Origin: a virus
Taxonomy: Duplodnaviria > Caudoviricetes
Virus record (IMG/VR): IMGVR_UViG_3300027193_000023
Coordinates: 1-34,613 of that record
Length of the DNA stretch: 34,613 nt
Reading direction: 5' to 3' (one strand)
Shown: positions 32,243-34,613 of the stretch, one piece after another
Layout: every line of letters begins with the position of its first letter
How positions within the stretch are numbered: position 1 is the stretch's first letter
Notes under the pieces: generated by a model
Seen by the model: the letters and a program-made list of their open reading frames with translations, nothing else
Database searches by the model: none
What the model was told of the DNA's origin: nothing
Translations under genes and position numbers: made by a program

Positions 32243-32996
32243 TAGTGGGGCACAGTTTTCGATCACCCAGTACGCTGCTGCGATTTCAATCAGCGGTTTG
32301 GAAATGATCCAAAACAGCGGTAAAGAAGCAATCATCGACTTGCTAGATGGTCGTATGAGCGTGGCTGAAGCACAATTGGCGAACCGTATTTCGGGTGACA
32401 TTTACCTAGACGGTACTGGTAACTCAGGCAAGAACATCACAGGCCTCGGCGCTGCTGTTCCTGACGCACCAAGCACCGGCACATACGGCGGCATCAATCG
32501 TGTATCGTTCTCGTTCTGGCGTTCGGCTAAGTTCTCAGGCGTGACAGATGGCGGCTCGGCTACATCAGCATCAAACATCCAGTCGTACATGGATGCTCTT
32601 GCTGTTCAGCTGATTCGTGGAACTGACAAACCTGATCTGATCGTTTGCGACAACAACTATTACAAGCTGTATTTGCAATCGTTGCAGTCAATCCAACGTA
32701 TTTCAGACGGTGGCAATTCGGCAGTTGGCGCAGGCTTTGCATCGTTGAAATACTACGGCGCTGGTATGGCATCAGATGTGATCTTAGACGGTGGTATCGG
32801 TAACGATGCAACTGCCAATCATATGTGGTTTTTGAACACCAAATACATGATGTTCCGTCCACACGCTGATCGTAATTTCGTGCCAATCGGCGGCGAACGT
32901 CAAGCTGTTAACCAAGACGCTATCGTCAAGCTCATCGGTTTTGCCGGCAACCTCACATCTTCAGGCCCGCAATTCTGCGGCGTTCTGATCGCTTAA
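32243..32996 (+). CDS. Major capsid protein, exon 2
   Basis: The frame is open upstream of the tracked TTG: (I)SGAQFSITQYAAAISISGLEMIQNSG...; 248+754 nt = 1002 nt = 333 aa plus stop. Confidence 0.9.
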
Positions 32997-33007
32997 AGGA
33001 AACCATC

Positions 33008-33541
33008 ATGGCATATACATTTGACGAACCTCGGATCGGGGTTTTAAATATCGATCAAACGGACTCTGGTGTTACAACCGCAGGCGGCACGACTATTCCT
33101 ACGCCCCCAGCTGTTCTCGGCACTATTGTTCGTGCATTTGATCCAACCTACGGCGAGGGTGAGTTCATCCTGTTGTTAGGCGTGGCATCAACTGTTGTTG
33201 GTTCTGTTGTGCGCTACAACGCTACAACTTACCAAACAACTTTGGTTGTCAACACCGCCGTTCAAGACGTACCTGTCGCAGTCGCTATGTCGGCTTGCAC
33301 AGCGGGTCTTTATGGTTGGTATCAAATTGCTGGTAATGCAGTCATCAAGAAAACAGCCGTTACCGTTGCACCTAACGTTACTCTGTTCTTGTCGGCTACT
33401 GCTGGTCGTGTGAAAGTCTTGGCATCTGCCGGTTTGCAAGTTGTTGCTGCTCGTTCAGCAAACTTGACCACCGTCACTTCTACGACTTCAACCATTACCG
33501 TGACAATTAACCGTCCACATCTCCAGTCACAGATCACCTAA
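33008..33541 (+). CDS. Putative capsid decoration protein (allele 2)
   Basis: Identical to 119..652 except for 16 substitutions in residues 10-48. Confidence 0.6.
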   Translation: MAYTFDEPRIGVLNIDQTDSGVTTAGGTTIPTPPAVLGTIVRAFDPTYGEGEFILLLGVASTVVGSVVRYNATTYQTTLVVNTAVQDVPVAVAMSACTAGLYGWYQIAGNAVIKKTAVTVAPNVTLFLSATAGRVKVLASAGLQVVAARSANLTTVTSTTSTITVTINRPHLQSQIT

Positions 33542-34309
33542 ATGATTGAAGCTGTACTTGATGTTGTAGGGAACACAGAGCCTGACGTTTTGTTGGGCAA
33601 TGTGCAGCGATCCGTAAAAAGATCGCTGCCTTGGTTTGATTTTGACGAGTCACCCCAAGGCAGCGTCTGTCTTGTTGGTGGTGGGCCAAGTCTGGTTGAC
33701 ACGATTGACCAGTTAAAAGCCCGTCATCAAAACGGCGCAAAAGTATGGGCAATGAACGGTTCTTACGATCATTTGCAAAGCCAAGGCATTATCCCTGACG
33801 TAATGGTGATGCTTGACGCTCGACCAGAGAACGTGAGATTTGTTCAGAATCCACAACAATCGACTACGTTTTACATCACTAGCCAATGCAACGATGCAGT
33901 ATTTGATGCGTTGGAAGGTTTCAAAGTGGTGCTAGTTCACGCCAATACGCCTGGCGTTTATGAGTTGCTCGAGCATGAAAAGGCTCGACCAGTTCATCTG
34001 ATGGGCGGGTTTACAACTGTTGGCATTTTGTCGTTGATATTGGCTAAGTTGCAAGGGTTTCAGCGCATCTTTATGTTTGGCATGGATTCAAGTTATCGCA
34101 ATGGCGAACACCATGCTTACAAACAAGAAAGTAATGACGCAGAACGTGTAATTGACGCTATGATTAACGATGTGACGTACAAATGTGCGCCGTGGATGGC
34201 ACAACAGGTAACGGATTTTCAGAATGTCGTAGCAGGCTTTGGTGATGTTACGATTGAAGTATGTGGCGATGGACTTTTGCACGAAATGGCAAAAGCGATG
34301 AGTAACTAA
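33542..34309 (+). CDS. Maf/MptE-like putative glycosyltransferase (allele 2)
   Basis: Four amino-acid differences from 653..1420. Confidence 0.75.
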   Translation: MIEAVLDVVGNTEPDVLLGNVQRSVKRSLPWFDFDESPQGSVCLVGGGPSLVDTIDQLKARHQNGAKVWAMNGSYDHLQSQGIIPDVMVMLDARPENVRFVQNPQQSTTFYITSQCNDAVFDALEGFKVVLVHANTPGVYELLEHEKARPVHLMGGFTTVGILSLILAKLQGFQRIFMFGMDSSYRNGEHHAYKQESNDAERVIDAMINDVTYKCAPWMAQQVTDFQNVVAGFGDVTIEVCGDGLLHEMAKAMSN

Positions 34310-34324
34310 ACTTTAAGGACTATC

Positions 34325-34613
34325 ATGGCATTTCCATCAAGAATTATGGGCGCAGGCAATTCATCGTTAACGGCTCAAGTAATCTGTGGCGAAGGCGCTG
34401 TCGGCCTAGTCGCTACTGGCACAACCGCAGCAGATGCTTTGCAGTTGAACGTGTCAAACAACACGATTACAACTTCAGCAGCATCGACTGGCGTTAAGTT
34501 GCCACCTTGCGAAACTGGCGCTGAAATGATTATTCGTAATGATTCGGGTCAGACAATTACCGTCTATCCTTACAATACAAGCACTACAATGAACGCAGCT
34601 GCCGCAAGTGTTA
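34325..34613 (+). CDS. Small Thr/Ala-rich virion protein, truncated by the window end
   Basis: Copy of the 5' part of 1436..1798. Confidence 0.7.
   Translation, partial: MAFPSRIMGAGNSSLTAQVICGEGAVGLVATGTTAADALQLNVSNNTITTSAASTGVKLPPCETGAEMIIRNDSGQTITVYPYNTSTTMNAAAASV

Larger units (their letters stand above)
32891..34613 (+). repeat. Terminal redundancy, right copy
   Basis: Imperfect repeat of 1..1724. Confidence 0.97.

Noticed and set aside
32114-32401. Minus-strand 95-aa ORF overlapping the intron as an intron-encoded protein
   Set aside because: Antisense, extends into exon 2 and has no endonuclease motif.
31735-32996. Capsid gene as a pseudogene, programmed frameshift or two separate genes
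   Set aside because: The gap contains a full group I core, and excision at the canonical U and G boundaries restores the frame exactly.
1-34613. tRNA genes, integrase/att site, stop-codon recoding
   Set aside because: No cloverleaf or recombinase seen by eye, and genes pack densely under the standard code with TAA and TGA stops; tRNAscan-SE and HMM searches would confirm.

Overview
The window is an essentially complete, about 32.9 kb tailed-phage genome with a podovirus-like (P22-style) virion module, plus about 1.72 kb of terminal overlap: 1..1724 recurs at 32891..34613, but the two copies are not identical. Gene order is: capsid C-terminus, decoration and Maf-like transferase genes, head-tail adaptor and nozzle, GNAT, ejection proteins, tail fibre module, lysis cassette (GH108 endolysin), a short leftward operon, a roughly 600-nt non-coding structured region, Cro, ERF/SSB/exonuclease, small genes, ParB-methyltransferase, TerS/TerL, glycosyltransferase and FkbM, portal, scaffold, major capsid. 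Highlights: (1) the major capsid gene is split by a 260-nt ORF-less group I intron (31983..32242) whose removal restores a 333-aa frame. (2) I recognise no replication initiator, primase, helicase, polymerase, integrase or CI. Where a lambdoid replication gene would sit there is instead a promoter, a pseudoknot-capable terminator hairpin, about 300 nt of hairpin-rich non-coding sequence and a canonical G-quadruplex motif, which together suggest an RNA-controlled, RNA-primed origin. (3) Glycosyl- and methyltransferase genes are embedded in the head module. (4) The lysis region contains unannotated micro-ORFs and a possibly T4-T-like protein. All protein calls come from motif recognition by eye; no database search was run.
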